Shown: piece after piece, positions 36,701 to 49,439 of the stretch
How positions within the stretch are numbered: position 1 is the first letter of the stretch
Layout: every line of letters starts with the position of its first letter
NCBI RefSeq assembly: GCF_044704955.1
Contig: NW_027254394.1
Span: 310,001 to 374,000, forward strand
Source: Pristiophorus japonicus
Taxonomy: Eukaryota
Direction: 5' to 3'
DNA: 64,000 bases
Translations under genes and position numbers: made by a program
The notes under the pieces: generated by a model
Databases searched by the model: none
What the model was told of the DNA's origin: nothing
Seen by the model: the letters and a program-made list of their open reading frames with translations, nothing else

Positions 36701-37059
36701 AATTATGAGGGGCCTAGATAGAATAGATAGGAAGGACCTGTTTCCCTTTGCAGAGGGGTTAACAACCAGGGGACATAGATTTAAAGTAATTGGGAGGAGG
36801 TTTAGAGGAGATATTAGGGGAAATGTCTTTACCCAGAGGGTAGTGGGAATCTGAAACTCTCTGCCTGAAAGAGTGGTAGAGGCAGGAACCCTCACCACAT
36901 TTAAAAAATACTTGTATGTGCACTTAAAGTGCCGTAACCTACAGGGCTACGTTCCAAGAGCTGGAAAGTGGGGTTAGGCTGGATAGCTCTTGGTCGGCCG
37001 GTGCGGACACGATGGGCCAAAATAACCTCCTTCCATGCTGTAAATTTCTATGATTCTAT
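33778..37059 (+). mobile_element. CR1 LINE (second subfamily) split by a younger CR1
   Basis: RT motifs at 33778-35107 resume at 36548 (KDVIALERVQRR). Confidence 0.9.
35108..36547 (+). mobile_element. Nested 5'-truncated CR1
   Basis: RT plus 3'UTR flanked by a GAAAG duplication (35103-35107 and 36548-36552). Confidence 0.9.
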
Positions 37060-37502
37060 ACGTAGCTTTCCCTTGATTATTATGGTCTGTTTTCCCAGAA
37101 TTAATGTGACATAGCTCTTGTTGGAAAACATCAGAGCCAATAATTTACTTAACCCTTGAAACCAATGGAAAATGTTGAATCAGAAAATGAAATGTGCTGG
37201 CTACTTTTAACCTGGTTACAATACTCAGTGTGAACAAAGGAGAGGATTTGTGTGTGTGCGGCTGTGGGTGTTAATGATTTAGTAAAAGCTGTTCATCACC
37301 ACACAACATTCAATCCATCACCGTACTGGGCTACTGATGGCCCGTTACCACACTGGGCCCATTGCTCTCGGTCTATTCCAGGCAGTGTTGCTGCTATGGA
37401 TCCATTTTAGGTGAAGGTTTCCCACAGTTTCACCATTTATACAAAAAGTGACAGATATCACACGCTTTGCCTCTACCCTTGCCAAGTGTGAGAGAAACAT
37501 AC

Positions 37503-37545
37503 CTTTAAGCTCACTGTATATGGACTGATCCGATTCCTTCAATGC
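37503..37545 (-). CDS. Candidate 43-nt cytoplasmic-tail exon with an ITIM (ALKESDQSIYSELK)
   Basis: Acceptor ctctgttccctgttAG and donor AAG|GTATGT; S-I-Y-S-E-L fits the (S/I/V/L)xYxx(I/V/L) consensus; unique sequence on the same strand as the V exons. Confidence 0.55.
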
Positions 37546-37566
37546 CTAACAGGGAACAGAGCAATG

Positions 37567-40359
37567 ATAGAAACATAGAAACATAGAAAACAGGTGCAGG
37601 AGTAGGCCATTCGGCCCTTCGAGCCTGTACCACCATTCAATAAGATCTTGGCTGATCATTCACCTCAGTACCCCTTTCCTGCTTTCTCTCCATATCCCTT
37701 GACCCCCTTTAGCAGTTAGGGCCATATCTAACTCCCTCTTGAATATATCTAACGAACTGGCATCAACAACTCTGTGTGGTAGAGAATTCCACAGGTTAAC
37801 AACTCTCTGAGTGAAGAAGTTTCTCCTCATCTCGGTCCTAAATGGCTTACCCCTTATCCTTAGACTGTGACCCCTGGTTCTGAACTTCCCCAACATTGGG
37901 AACATTCTTCCTGCATCTAACCTGACTAGTCCCGTCAGAATTTTATATGCCTCTATGAGATTCTCCCCTCATTCTTCTGGATCCCGGGAATCAGTCTGGT
38001 GACCCTTCGCTGCACTCCCTCAATAGCAAGCACGTTCCTCAAATTAGGAGACCAAAACTGCACACAATACTCAAGGTGTGGTCTCACCAAGGTCCTGTAG
38101 AACTGCAGCAAGACCTCTCTGCTCCTATACTCAAATCCCCTTGCTATGAAGGCCAGCATGCCATTTGCTTTCTTTGCTGTCTGCTGTACCTGCATGCCTA
38201 ACTTCAAAGACTGATGTACCATGATACCCAGGTCTCATTGTACCTCCTCTTTTACTAATCTGTCACCATTCAAATAATAATCTACCTTCCTGTTTTTGCC
38301 ACCAAAGTGGATAACCTCACATTTATCCACATTATACTGCATTTGCCCATTCACCTAACCTGTCCAAGTCCCCTGCAGCCTCTTAGCATCCTCTTCGCAG
38401 CTCGCTCTGCCACCCATCTTAGTGTCATCTGCAAACATGGAGATATTACATTCAATTCCTTCGTCAAAGTCATTAATGTATATTGTAAATAGCTGGGGTC
38501 CCAGCATTGAACCCTGCAGCAGCCCACTAGTCACTGCCTGCCATTCTGAAAAGGACCCGTTTATTCCCACTCTTTGCATCCTGTCGGCCAACATCTCTAT
38601 CCACGTCAATATATTACCCCCAATACCATGTGCCTTAATTTTGCACACTAGTCTATTGTGTGGGACATTGTCAAAAGCCTTTTGAAAGTCCAAATACATC
38701 ACATCCACTTATTCTCCCTTATCCACTCTACTAGTTATATCCTCAAAAAGCTCGAGAAGATTTGTCAAGCTTGATTTCCCGTTCATAAATCCATACTGAC
38801 TTGGTTCGATCCTGTCACTGCTTTCCAAATGCGCTGCTATTTCATCTTTAATAATTGATTCCAGCATTTTCCCCACCACCGATGTCAGGCTAACCGGTCT
38901 ATAATTCCCTGTTTTCTCTCCCTCCTTCTTTAAAAAGTGGTGTTACATTAGCTACCCTCCAATCCATAGGAACTGAATCAGAGTCCATGGAATGTTGGAA
39001 AATGACCACCAATGCATCTTCTATTTCTAGAGCCACTTCCTTAAGTACTCTGGAGTGCAGACTATCAGGACCTGGGGATTTATCGGCCTTCAGTCCCTTC
39101 AATTTCCCTAACACCATTTCCTGACTAATAAGGATTTCCCTCAGTTCCCCCTTCTCGCTAGACCCTCTGTCCCATAGTATTTTCGGGAGGTTATTTGTGT
39201 CTTCCTTAGTGAAGACAGAACCAAAGTATTTTTTCAATTGGTCTGCCATTTCCTTGTTCCCCATTATGGATTCCCCTGATTCTGACTGCAAGAGACCTAC
39301 ATTAGTCTTCACTAATATTTTTCTCTTCACATATCTGTAGATGCCTCTGCAGTCAGTTTTTATGTTCCCTGCAAGCTTACTCTCATACCCTATTTTCCCC
39401 CTCCTAATTAAACCCTTAGTCCTCCTCTGCTGAATACTAAATTTCTCCCAGTCCTCAGGTTTGCTGCTTTTTCTGGCCAATTTATATGCTTCTTCCTTGG
39501 ATTTAACACTTTCCCTAATTTCCCTTGTTAGCCACGGCTGAGCCACCTTCCCTTTATTTTTACGCCACACTGTGATGTACAATTGTTGTAGTTCATCCAT
39601 GTGATCTTTAAATGTCTGCCATTGCCTATCCACCGTCAACCCTTTAAGCATCGGTCGCCAATCTATCCTAGCCAATTCACGTCTCATACCGTCGAAGATT
39701 CCTTTCCTTAAGTTCAGAACCCTAGTCTCTAAATTAACTGTGTCACTCTCCATCTTAATGAAGAATTCTACCATATTATGGTCACTCTTCCCCAAGGGGC
39801 CTCGCACGACCAGATTGCTAATTAATCCTCTCTCATTACACAAGACCCAGTCTAGGATGGCCTGCTCTCTTGTTGGTTCCTCGACATATTGTTCTAGAAA
39901 ACCGTCCCTTATACACTCCAGGAAATCCTCCTCCACAGTATTGCTACCAGTTTGGTTAGCCCAATCAATATGTAGATTAAATTCACCCATGATAACTGCT
40001 GTAACCTTATTGCACGCGTCCCTAATTTCCTGTTTGATGCCATCCCCAACCCCCATACTACTGTTTGATGGCCTGTACACAACTCCCACGAACGTTTTCT
40101 GCCCTTTGGTTCTTCGCAGCTCTACCATATAGATTCCACATCATCCACGTTAATGTCCTTCCTTACGATTGCGTTAATCTCCTCTTTAACCAGTAACGCT
40201 ACCCCACCTCCTTTTCCTTCCTGTCTATCCTTCCTGAATATTGAATACCCCTGGATATTGAGTTCCCAGCCTTGGTCACCCTGGAGTATGTCTCCGTAAT
40301 CTCAATTACATCATATCCATTAACATCTATCTGCGCAGTTAATTCGTCCACCTTATTGC
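37567..40359 (-). mobile_element. CR1 LINE ORF2 (5'-truncated)
   Basis: ORF 40128-38899 (endonuclease/tether), RT fragments, and an (ATAGAAAC)n tail at 37567. Confidence 0.95.
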
Positions 40360-40468
40360 ATTAAGTTTACCAGCGGTTTTTGTGATATTAATCAGATACT
40401 GATCAATAAATCCATGTGTAAGAGGTTATTCCTTCTATTCAGGTTAATATAATGTAAACTGTATTTAC

Positions 40469-40813
40469 TGGTTACATTGAGCTGGGTTCCGTTCCCGCTG
40501 ATATCGCCCCACACTTTACAGTAATAGGCGACAGTGTCACTGGGCTGCACTTCTGTGACTGTCAGAATGAAGCTGTCATTGGAGGTGTCTCTGGAAGGCT
40601 GGAGATGGTCAGTGGAACCTGGGCTCCCGCGTGTGCTGCCACTTGCCTCATGTGTTAAAACCCACTCCATATCTTGCCCCAGGAGTTGCCGGTACCAGTG
40701 GACATCGGTGTCACTCACTCTGGCGTTCCACATGGTGCATTGTAACCGTGCCGTGTGACCCTCTGTGACAAGTTCCAGGCTCGGAGACTGGGTCAGGACA
40801 GGGACAACTGCAC
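40469..40813 (-). CDS. VJ-type Ig V-set exon, copy V2 (type B), intact reading frame
   Basis: 345 nt, phase 1 at both ends, acceptor ccattaaAG, donor GTAAAT; GAVVPVLTQSPSLELVTEGHTARLQCTMWNARVSDTDVHWYRQLLGQDMEWVLTHEASGSTRGSPGSTDHLQPSRDTSNDSFILTVTEVQPSDTVAYYCKVWGDISGNGTQLNVT; canonical B-strand Cys, C-strand Trp, DxxxYYC and GxGT. Confidence 0.93.
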
Positions 40814-41149
40814 CTTTAATGGTAAAATATCAATCACTTAAAAACCGGTCTGAAGGTTACAAAGTGTCCCCGGTATTTAAAGGGCCAGTCCAGGCAGTAC
40901 AAGTTAGACGGAGATCAAAGATTGCAATCCTGGAGCAGTGCGGTTAGTCAGTTACTGATTCCGATCCAAAATGTGGAAAACCTGTGTTGTGAACCCTGTC
41001 TTTTATTTGAACAAGTTCACCAATATAAGAGAAGGTTCTTTTTCTTTTCATTCACCGGCTGGCGTTGGCACGGGTACAATGGGCCGAATCAGTGTCCTTC
41101 GGTGCTGTCTGATTCTATCATGGAAACTGGTAAAGGGAGACCTGGGGAG

Positions 41150-42180
41150 GGAACAACAACTGGTATTGATATAGCGCCTTTAATGCAGTAAAAGGTCCCA
41201 AGGTGCTTCACAGGAGTGTTATTAGACATAAGATGGTTCCTTCAAGCTGCGAGGAACCATCAGCGGAAGGTCGGGGCTTTAAAAGGAGGAGCAGCATGGC
41301 GGCATACCACTGCAAGGTACAGCGTGAGCCAGTCAGGGAGGGCAACGACTGTGAAGAGGGCGACTGGAATGGACATCCTCATAATGCAGGTCGGTGATTG
41401 GAGCGTGGGCAGGTACAGCAGGAGCGATGAGGTCGGTGCGAAGTAGTGGCGAGGGATTGCAGACCAACGTGATCGGGGCCCAGGAGAGGCATGAGTTCGG
41501 GGACCAGAAGAGGCGAGGGCCCAGGGGCACACGGGCCAGCCCACACTGCAATATGTGTGCACAGTAGATCCGTGCAGCAGAGCTGGTTTCCAGTCGTCAA
41601 GGTTAATCCTTGCCACTGGACCAAGACCTAGCTCTGTCAAGCCCGTGTGGTGGTTGGTGTGCAACGGTCACCACACGTTAAAAAAATCCACACTCTGGCA
41701 TCATCCATCCTTCAATCTGCAGTTCGGGACTTGGAATAGCCAGTCCTTCATTGAAACACATGTGAACTCATCCCTTTTTGGTGGAAGCAAGTCATACTCG
41801 ATACAAGGGACCGCCGAAGAGAAGATAAGACAAAAAATTTGATACCAAGACACATGACACAAATGGTCAAAGAAGTAGGTTTTAAGGGGCGTCTTACAGG
41901 AGAAAAGAGGGTCGAGAGGATTAGCAAGGAATTCCAGAGCATAGGGAGCTGGAGGCACGGCCGCCAGTGGTTGAGTAATTATAGTCGGGGGTGCTGAACA
42001 GGCCAGAATTAGTGGAGCGCAGACATCTCTTTGGCGGGGGGTCATGGGGCTGGAGGAGATTACAGAGAGTGTGAAGGTCGAGGCCATGGAGGGATTTGAA
42101 AACCAGGATGAGCATTTTTAAAATCGAGGCATTGCTTAACCGGGAGCCAATGTAGGTCAGCGAGCACAGGGGAGATGGGT
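41150..42180 (-). mobile_element. L2 3' fragment interrupted by an RTE-related element
   Basis: LADLHWLPVKQCLDFK and LILVFKSLHGL; L2 tail at about 41150-41220. Confidence 0.75.
41235..41825 (+). mobile_element. RTE-derived non-autonomous element or SINE
   Basis: Shares GCCACTGGACCAAGACC...AAGCCCGTGTGG and GTGGAAGCAAGTC with the RTE at 29411-30527. Confidence 0.75.
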
Positions 42181-42189
42181 TTACAGGAC

Positions 42190-43005
42190 TTGGAAAGTTT
42201 ACAGCACACAAGCGACCTATTCGGCCCATCGTGTCCGTGCCGGACGACAAAGCTATCCAGCCTAATCCCACTTTCCAGCTCTTGGTCCATAGCCTTGTAT
42301 GTTACGGCATTTCAAGTGCATATCCAAGTACTTTTTAAATGTGGTGAAGGTTTCTGTCTCTACCACCCTGTCAGGCAGTGAGGGGATAAGGGGTTATGGG
42401 GAGCGGGTGGGGAAGTGGAGCTGAGTCCATAATCAGATCAGCCATGATCTTATTGAATGGCGGAGCAGGCTCAAGGGGCCATATGGCCTACACCTGTTCC
42501 TATTTCTTATGTTCTTATAGACCCCCACCACCCTCTGGGTGAAAAAAAATTCTCCTCAAATCCCCTCTAAACCTCGTACCAATTACTTTAAATCTATGCC
42601 CCCTGGTTGGTGACCCCTCTGCTGATGGAAATAGGTCATTCCTATCCACTCTATCTCAGCCCCACATAATTTTATACACCTCAATTAGGTCTCTCCTCAG
42701 CCTCCTATGTTCCAAAGAAAACAACCCCAGCCTATCCAATCATTCATTATGGCTAAAATTCTCCAGTCCAGGCAAAATCCTCGTAAATCTCCTCTATACC
42801 CTCTCTAGTGCAATCACATCTTTTCCTGTAATGTGGTGACCAGAACTGCAGACAGTACTCTAGCTGTGGCTTAGCTAGTGTTTTATACCATCAAAGCATA
42901 ACCTCCCGGCTCTTATATTCTATGCCTTGGCTAATAAAGGCAAGTATCCCGTATGCCTTCTTATCCACCTTATATACCTGTCCTGCTACCTTCAGGGATC
43001 TGTAG
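42190..43005 (-). mobile_element. CR1 3' fragment with a short nested plus-strand CR1 tail (about 42381-42519)
   Basis: Reverse-complement CR1 RT C-terminus and 3'UTR. Confidence 0.85.
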
Positions 43006-43006
43006 A

Positions 43007-44329
43007 CACAAGAACATAAGACATTTGAGCCGTTGTAGGCCATATGGCCCCTCGAGCCTGCTCCACCTTTCAATAAGATCATGGCTGATCTGATCTTGGC
43101 CTCCACTCCACTTTCCTTCCTGTTCCCCATAACCCTTGACTCCCATATAGTTCAAGAATCTGTCTATCTCAGCCTTGAATATCTTCACTGACAGCCTCCA
43201 CATCTCTCTGGGGTAGAGAATTCCAAAGATTCATGACCCTCAGTGAAGAAATTACTCCTCATCTCCATCTTAAATGGACGATCCCTTATTCTGAAACTAT
43301 GTGCCCTAGTTCTAGATTCCCCCATGAGGAGAAACATCCTCTCAGCATCTGCTCTGTCAAGCCCCCTCAGAATCTTATATGTTTCAATAAGATCACCTCT
43401 CATTCTTCTAAAGTCCAAAGAGTACAGGCCCAACCTGCTCAACCTTTCCTCATAACATGCCTTCATCCCAGTAATCAACCAAGTGAACCTTCTCTGAACT
43501 GCCTCCAATGCAACTATATCCCTCCTTAAATAAGGAGACCAAAATAGCACGCAGTACTCCAAGTTTGGTCTCACCAATGCCCTGTACAGTTGCTGCAAGA
43601 CTTCCCTACATTTATACTCCATCCCCCTTGCCATAAAGGCCAACATTCCATTTGCCCTCCTAATTACTTGCTACTTGAATGTTAACTTTTTGTGTTACAA
43701 GTACAAGGACCCCCAGATCCCCCCGTACCACAGAATTCTGCAGTCTCTCTCCATTCAAATAATATTTTGCTTTTCTGTTCTTCCTATCAAATTGGATAAC
43801 CTTACACTTTCCCACATTATACTCCATCTGCCAAATGTTTTCTCACTCAGTTAACCTATCTATATCCCTTTGCAGACTCTGAGTCCTCCTCACAACTTGA
43901 TTTCCCACCTATCATTGTATTGTCGGCAAATTTGGCTGTAATACTCTGTCCCTTCACCCAAGTCACTACGATAGATTAAAATAGATTGTAAATAGTTGAG
44001 GCTCCAGCACTGATCGCTGTGGCACCCCACTAGTTACAGTTTGCCAACCTGAAAATGGCCCATTTATCTCGACTCTCTGTTTTCTGTTAGTTAGTTAATC
44101 CTCTACATGCTTATATATTACCCCCCAACACCATGAGCTCTTATCTTGTGTAATAACCTTTTATGTCGCATCTTATCGAATGCCTTTTCGAAATCCAAGT
44201 ACACAATATCCACTGGTTCTCCTTTACACACCCTGCTTGTTACATCCTCAAAGAACAATAATAAATTTGTCAAAAATGATTTCCCTTTCATAAAACCATG
44301 TTGAATCTGCATGATTGTATTATTACTTT
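43007..44329 (-). mobile_element. CR1, 3' half of the copy split by the Gypsy element
   Basis: RPNLEYCVLFWSP and QHGFMKGKS; resumes at 53298. Confidence 0.9.
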
Positions 44330-44936
44330 TGTATTAATTCTTGGGGGTCACGAGACACCAGAGGGCACCATCGTCGGAGGTCATCAGGCTGTATGCATGT
44401 GGCATGTGTGCTTGGTCACCTGTATATAAGCTGGGTGTCTTTGTCACGGTGGCACTCTTGGGCTGGAATAATGATGGATCAAGTTGCACCTGAGTGAGTT
44501 TCCAGTAACCAGACTCTTGCGTCATTACAATTGGCGACGAGGTAATTTAAGAACCTTCGCATGCACAATGAGCACTGTTGGAATCCTGGAGAGATTCGTG
44601 GAGGGCGAGGATTGGGTGGATTTTGTCGACCGCCTGGATCAATATTTTGTGGCCAATGGCATGGAGGCAGAGGCCTACGCAGTTAAGTGCAGGGCAGTTC
44701 TCCTCACCGTTTGTGGTCTGAAAATTTACGGCTTCATGAAGAATCTTCTCTCGTCTGTACATCCGGTGGAAAAGGTACAAGGAATTGTGTACATTGGTGG
44801 GTAACCATCTGAAACCAAAAGAGGGGATCATCATATCACACTACCGTTTCTACACACATGTTCATGCTGAGAGCCAGGACGTGTTGGGATTTGTCGCCGA
44901 CCTGTGACGTCTTGCTGAGCCGTGTAAGTTCGGGAA

Positions 44937-47425
44937 CAAACAGTAGTAACAAGGTTGGGGATGGCATCAAACAGAAAATTAGAGACACGTGCAATAAGGG
45001 TACAGCAGTTATCATGGGTGACTTTAATCTGCATATTGATTGGGCTAACCAAACTGGTAGCAATACTGTGGAGGAGGATTTCCTGGAGTGTATAAGGGAT
45101 GGTTTTCAAGACCAATATGTCGAGGAACCAACTAGAGAGCAGGCCATCCTAGACTGTGTAACGAGAGAGGATTAATTAGCAATCTAGTCGTGTGAGGCCC
45201 CTTGGGGAAGAGTGACCATAATATGGTAGAATTCTTCATTAAGATGGAGAGTGACACAGTTAATTCAGAGACTAGGGTCCTGAACTTAAAGAAAGGAAAC
45301 TTCGACGGTATGAGACGTGAATTGGCTGGGATAGACTGGCGACTGATACTTAAAGGGTTGATGGTGGATAGGCAATGGCATACATTTAAAGATCACATGG
45401 ATGAACTACAACAATTGTACATCCCTGTGTGGCATAATAATAAAAAAAGGGAAGGTGGCTCAACCGTGGCTAACAAGGGAAATTAGGGAAAATGTTAAAT
45501 TCAAGGAAGAGCTATATAAATTGGCCAGAAAAAGCAGCAAACCTGAGGACTGGGAGAAATTTAGAATTCAGCAGAGAAGGGCCAAGGGTTTAATTAGGAG
45601 GGGGAAACTAGAGTATGAGAGTAAGCTTGCAGGGAACATAAACCCTGCAAAAACTTCTACAGATATGTGAAGAGAAAAATATTAATGAAGACTAATGTAG
45701 CTCCCTTGCAGTCAGAATCAGGGGAATTCATAATGGGGAACAAGGAAATGGCAGACCAATTGAACAAATACTTTTGTTCTGTCTTCACTAAGGAAGACAC
45801 AAATAACCTCCCGAAAATACTAGGGGACTGAGGGTCTAGCGAGAAGGGGGAACTGAGGGAAATCCTTAATAGTCAGGAAATGGTGTTAGGGAAATTGAAG
45901 GGCCTGAAGGCCGATAAATCCCCAGGGCCTGATAGTCTGCACCCCAGAGTACTTAAGGAAGTGGCCCTAGAAATAGTAGATGCATTGGTGGTCATTATCC
46001 AACATTCCATGCACTCTGGTTCAGTTCCTATGGATTGGAGGGTAGCTAATGTAATGCCACTTTTTTAAAAAGGAGGGAGAGAGAAAACAGGGAATTGTAG
46101 ACCGGTTAGCCTGACATCGGTAGTGGGGAAAATGCTGGAATCAATTATTAAAGATGAAATAGCAGCGCATTTGGAAAGCAGTGACAGGATCGGGCCAAGT
46201 CAGCATGGATTTATGAAAGGGAAATCAAGCTTGACAAATCTTTGAGAGTTTTTTGAGGATGTAACTTGTAGATTGGATAAGGGAAAACCAGTGTATATGG
46301 TGTATTTGGATTTTCAAAAGGCTTTTGACACGAAATTAGTGTGCAAAATTAAGGCACATGGAATCGGGGGTAATGTATTGACATAGATAGCGAACTGGTT
46401 GGCAGACAGGAAGCAAAGAGTGGGAATAAATGGGTCCTTTTCAGAATGGTAGGTAGTGACTAGTGGGTGCCGCAGGGTTCAGTGCTATGGCCCCAGCTAT
46501 TTTCAATATACATTAATGATTTAGACGAAGGAATTGAATGTAATATCTCCAAGTTTGCAGATGACAGGAAGCTGGGTGGCAGTGTGAGCTGCGAGGAGGA
46601 TGCTAAGACGCTGCAGGGGGACTTGGACAGGTTGGGTGAATGGGCAAATGCAGTATAATGTGGATATGTGTGAGGTTATCCACTTTGGTGGCAAAAACAG
46701 GAAGGCAGATTATTATCTGAATGGTGACAGATTAGTAAAAGGGGAGTTGCATCGAGACCTGGGTGTCGTGGTACATCAGTCATTGAAGGTAGGCATGCAG
46801 GTACAGCAGGCAGTAAAGAAATCAAATGGCATGCTGGCCTTCATAATGAGGGTATTTGAGTATAGGAGCAGGGAGGTCTTACTTCAGACCACACCTTGAG
46901 TATTGTGTGCAGTTTTGGTCTCCTAATCTGAGGAAGGACACCCTTGCCACTGAGGGAATGCAGCGAAGGTTCACCAGACTGATTCCCGGAATGGCAGGAC
47001 TGACATATGAAGAAAGACTGGATCAACTAGGCTTATATTCACTGGAATTTAGAAGAATGAGAGGGGATCTCAGAGAAGCAGATAAAACTCTGATGGGATT
47101 GGACAGGTTAGATGTTGGGGAAGTCCAGAACCAGGGTCACAGTCTAAGGATGAGGGGTAAGCCATTTAGGACCAACATGAAGGAAACTTCTTCACTCAGA
47201 GAATTGTGAACCTGTGGAGTTCTCTACCGCAGTAGTTGAGGCCAGTTCGTTAGATATATTCAAATGGGAGTTAAATGTGGCCCTTACAACTAAAGGAATC
47301 AAGGAGTATGGAGAGAAAGCAGGAATGGGGTACTGAAGTTGCATGATCAGCCATGATCATATTGAATGGGGTGCAAGCTCGAAGGGCCGAATGGCCTACT
47401 CCTGCACCTACTTTCTATGTTTCTA
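44937..47425 (+). mobile_element. CR1 nested in Gypsy gag
   Basis: MGDFN, KSDH and RT motifs with a 3' tail; gag resumes afterwards. Confidence 0.93.
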
Positions 47426-49439
47426 AGACATGCGGCGTGATGTCTCAGTGATAGGCATCAGCCATGATGCGATGCTCAGGAAGCTGTTGGCTGCAGATAC
47501 GCTGGATTTGAAAAAGGCCATCGCGACTGCCCAGGTATGCATGACAACAGATGAGAATTTGAGGCAGATATCATCGATGAGTCGGAGTTCCATGGCAAGT
47601 ACTGTACACAAGATGGCATTGTCTTCGGGCAGAGTTGCTTCCCTGAAACCTGCCGCTGCTCAGAGTCCGCCAACTGGTTCGATCCAGATTTCACCCTGTT
47701 GGTGATGTGGGGGCAATTATCGGCCTCATCAGTGTCGGTTTATGCAATGGATGTTTAAAAGTGGGGCACCTTCACAGGATGTGTCCACAACGGAGCAAGC
47801 ATGGTGCGGCTCACCACGTGGTGGATGAAGATCAGTTCAGTGATGGCCCGGATACACAACCCGAGGAGGAAGTGAATGGACTGTATTCGTTCCTGAGCAA
47901 GAGCCAGCCGAATAGTGGTTAATGTGAAGCTGCATGGCGTGCGTGTATCAATGGAGCTGGACACGGGTGTGAGCCAGTCGATAATGAGCCAAAGGACATT
48001 CGACAAGCTGTGGGACACTAAGGCTGCGAAACCAAAGCTGAGTCCAGTCAATGCCAGGTTGTGTACTTGCACTAAGGAACTCATACCTGTGCTCGGCAAT
48101 GCAGCAATCGAGGTGTCATATGATGGTGTGGTTCACGAGCTACCATTATGGATCATCCCAGGTCATTATCCAACGCTGTTCGGCAGGAATTCACTTGAGA
48201 AAATCAAGCTGAATTGGAATGATGTCAAGATGTTGTCCTGGGTAGATGATACTTAGTGTGCTCAAGTATTGAAAAAGTTTCCTTCTTTGTTTGAACCGGG
48301 CATTGGTAATTTTACAGATTCACCTGGACTCGAATGCAAGGCCTGCCTATCACAAAGCTCGGTCTGTTCCGTACATGATGAGGGAGAAGGTTGAAATCGA
48401 GCTTGACAGACTCCAGCATGAAGGGATCATATCACCGGTCAAGTTTAACGAGTGGGCCAGTCCCATTATTCCTGTGTTGAAGAGTGATGGCATTGTCAGG
48501 ATTTGTGGAGACAACAAGGTTACGATTAACCGATTTTCAAAACAGGATCAGTATCCATTACCGAGGACCGATGACCTGTTCGCCATGCTAGCTGGTGGAA
48601 AGTCGTCCACGAAACTGGATCTGACATCGGCCTATATGACCCAGGAACTTGTCACCACTTCGAAGAAACTCACCTGCATCAACACCCATAAAGGACTGTT
48701 CGTCTACAACAGGTGTCCTTTTGGGATTTGTTCAGTTGCAGCCATATTTCAGAGGACTGTGGAGAGTTTACTGAAGTCCGTTCCTAGGAAAGATGTTTCT
48801 TGTTGTAGTAGATGCATATTCTAAGTTGTTATTTCGTCTTCCAGCACATCGACAGCTAACATTGAGAGCCTTCGTATCATGTTTGCTACTCATGGTTTGC
48901 CTGACATTGTTGTGAGCGACAATGGATCTTGCTTCTCAAGTCTTGAGTTCCAGGAGTTCATGAAACTCAATGACATCAGACATGTGAGATCAGCTCCTTC
49001 AAGCCTGCTTCTAATGGTCTAGCAGAGCGTGCCATTCAAATGATCAAGCAAAGTATGAAACATGTAACTCAGGGCTCACTGCAGAGACGGTTGACATGTA
49101 TATTGCTCAGTTACAGGTCAAGACTTCATACACTTACTGGGGTTCCTCCTGCTGAACTACTGATGAAGAGAAATCTCAAGACCAGGCTTTTTCTTCATCC
49201 TGATTTGAATGATCATGTTGAAAACAGACGTCAAAGTCAGCAATGGTGTCATGATCGTGTTGCCATGTCACGTGACATCTCGGTCAACGATCCAGTTTAT
49301 GTACTGAACTATGGTCAAGGTCCAAAGTGGATCGCCAGCACTGTTACAGCCAAGGAGGGTAACAGAGTGTTTATTGTCATGCTCAAAAATGGGCAAACAT
49401 GCAGGAAACACCTTGACCAGGTTAAACTGCGGCACACGG

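Noticed and set aside
40469-40813. Assigning a gene symbol such as IGLV, TRGV or NCR3
   Set aside because: Features are mixed and no constant exon is confirmed, so orthology cannot be established without a phylogeny
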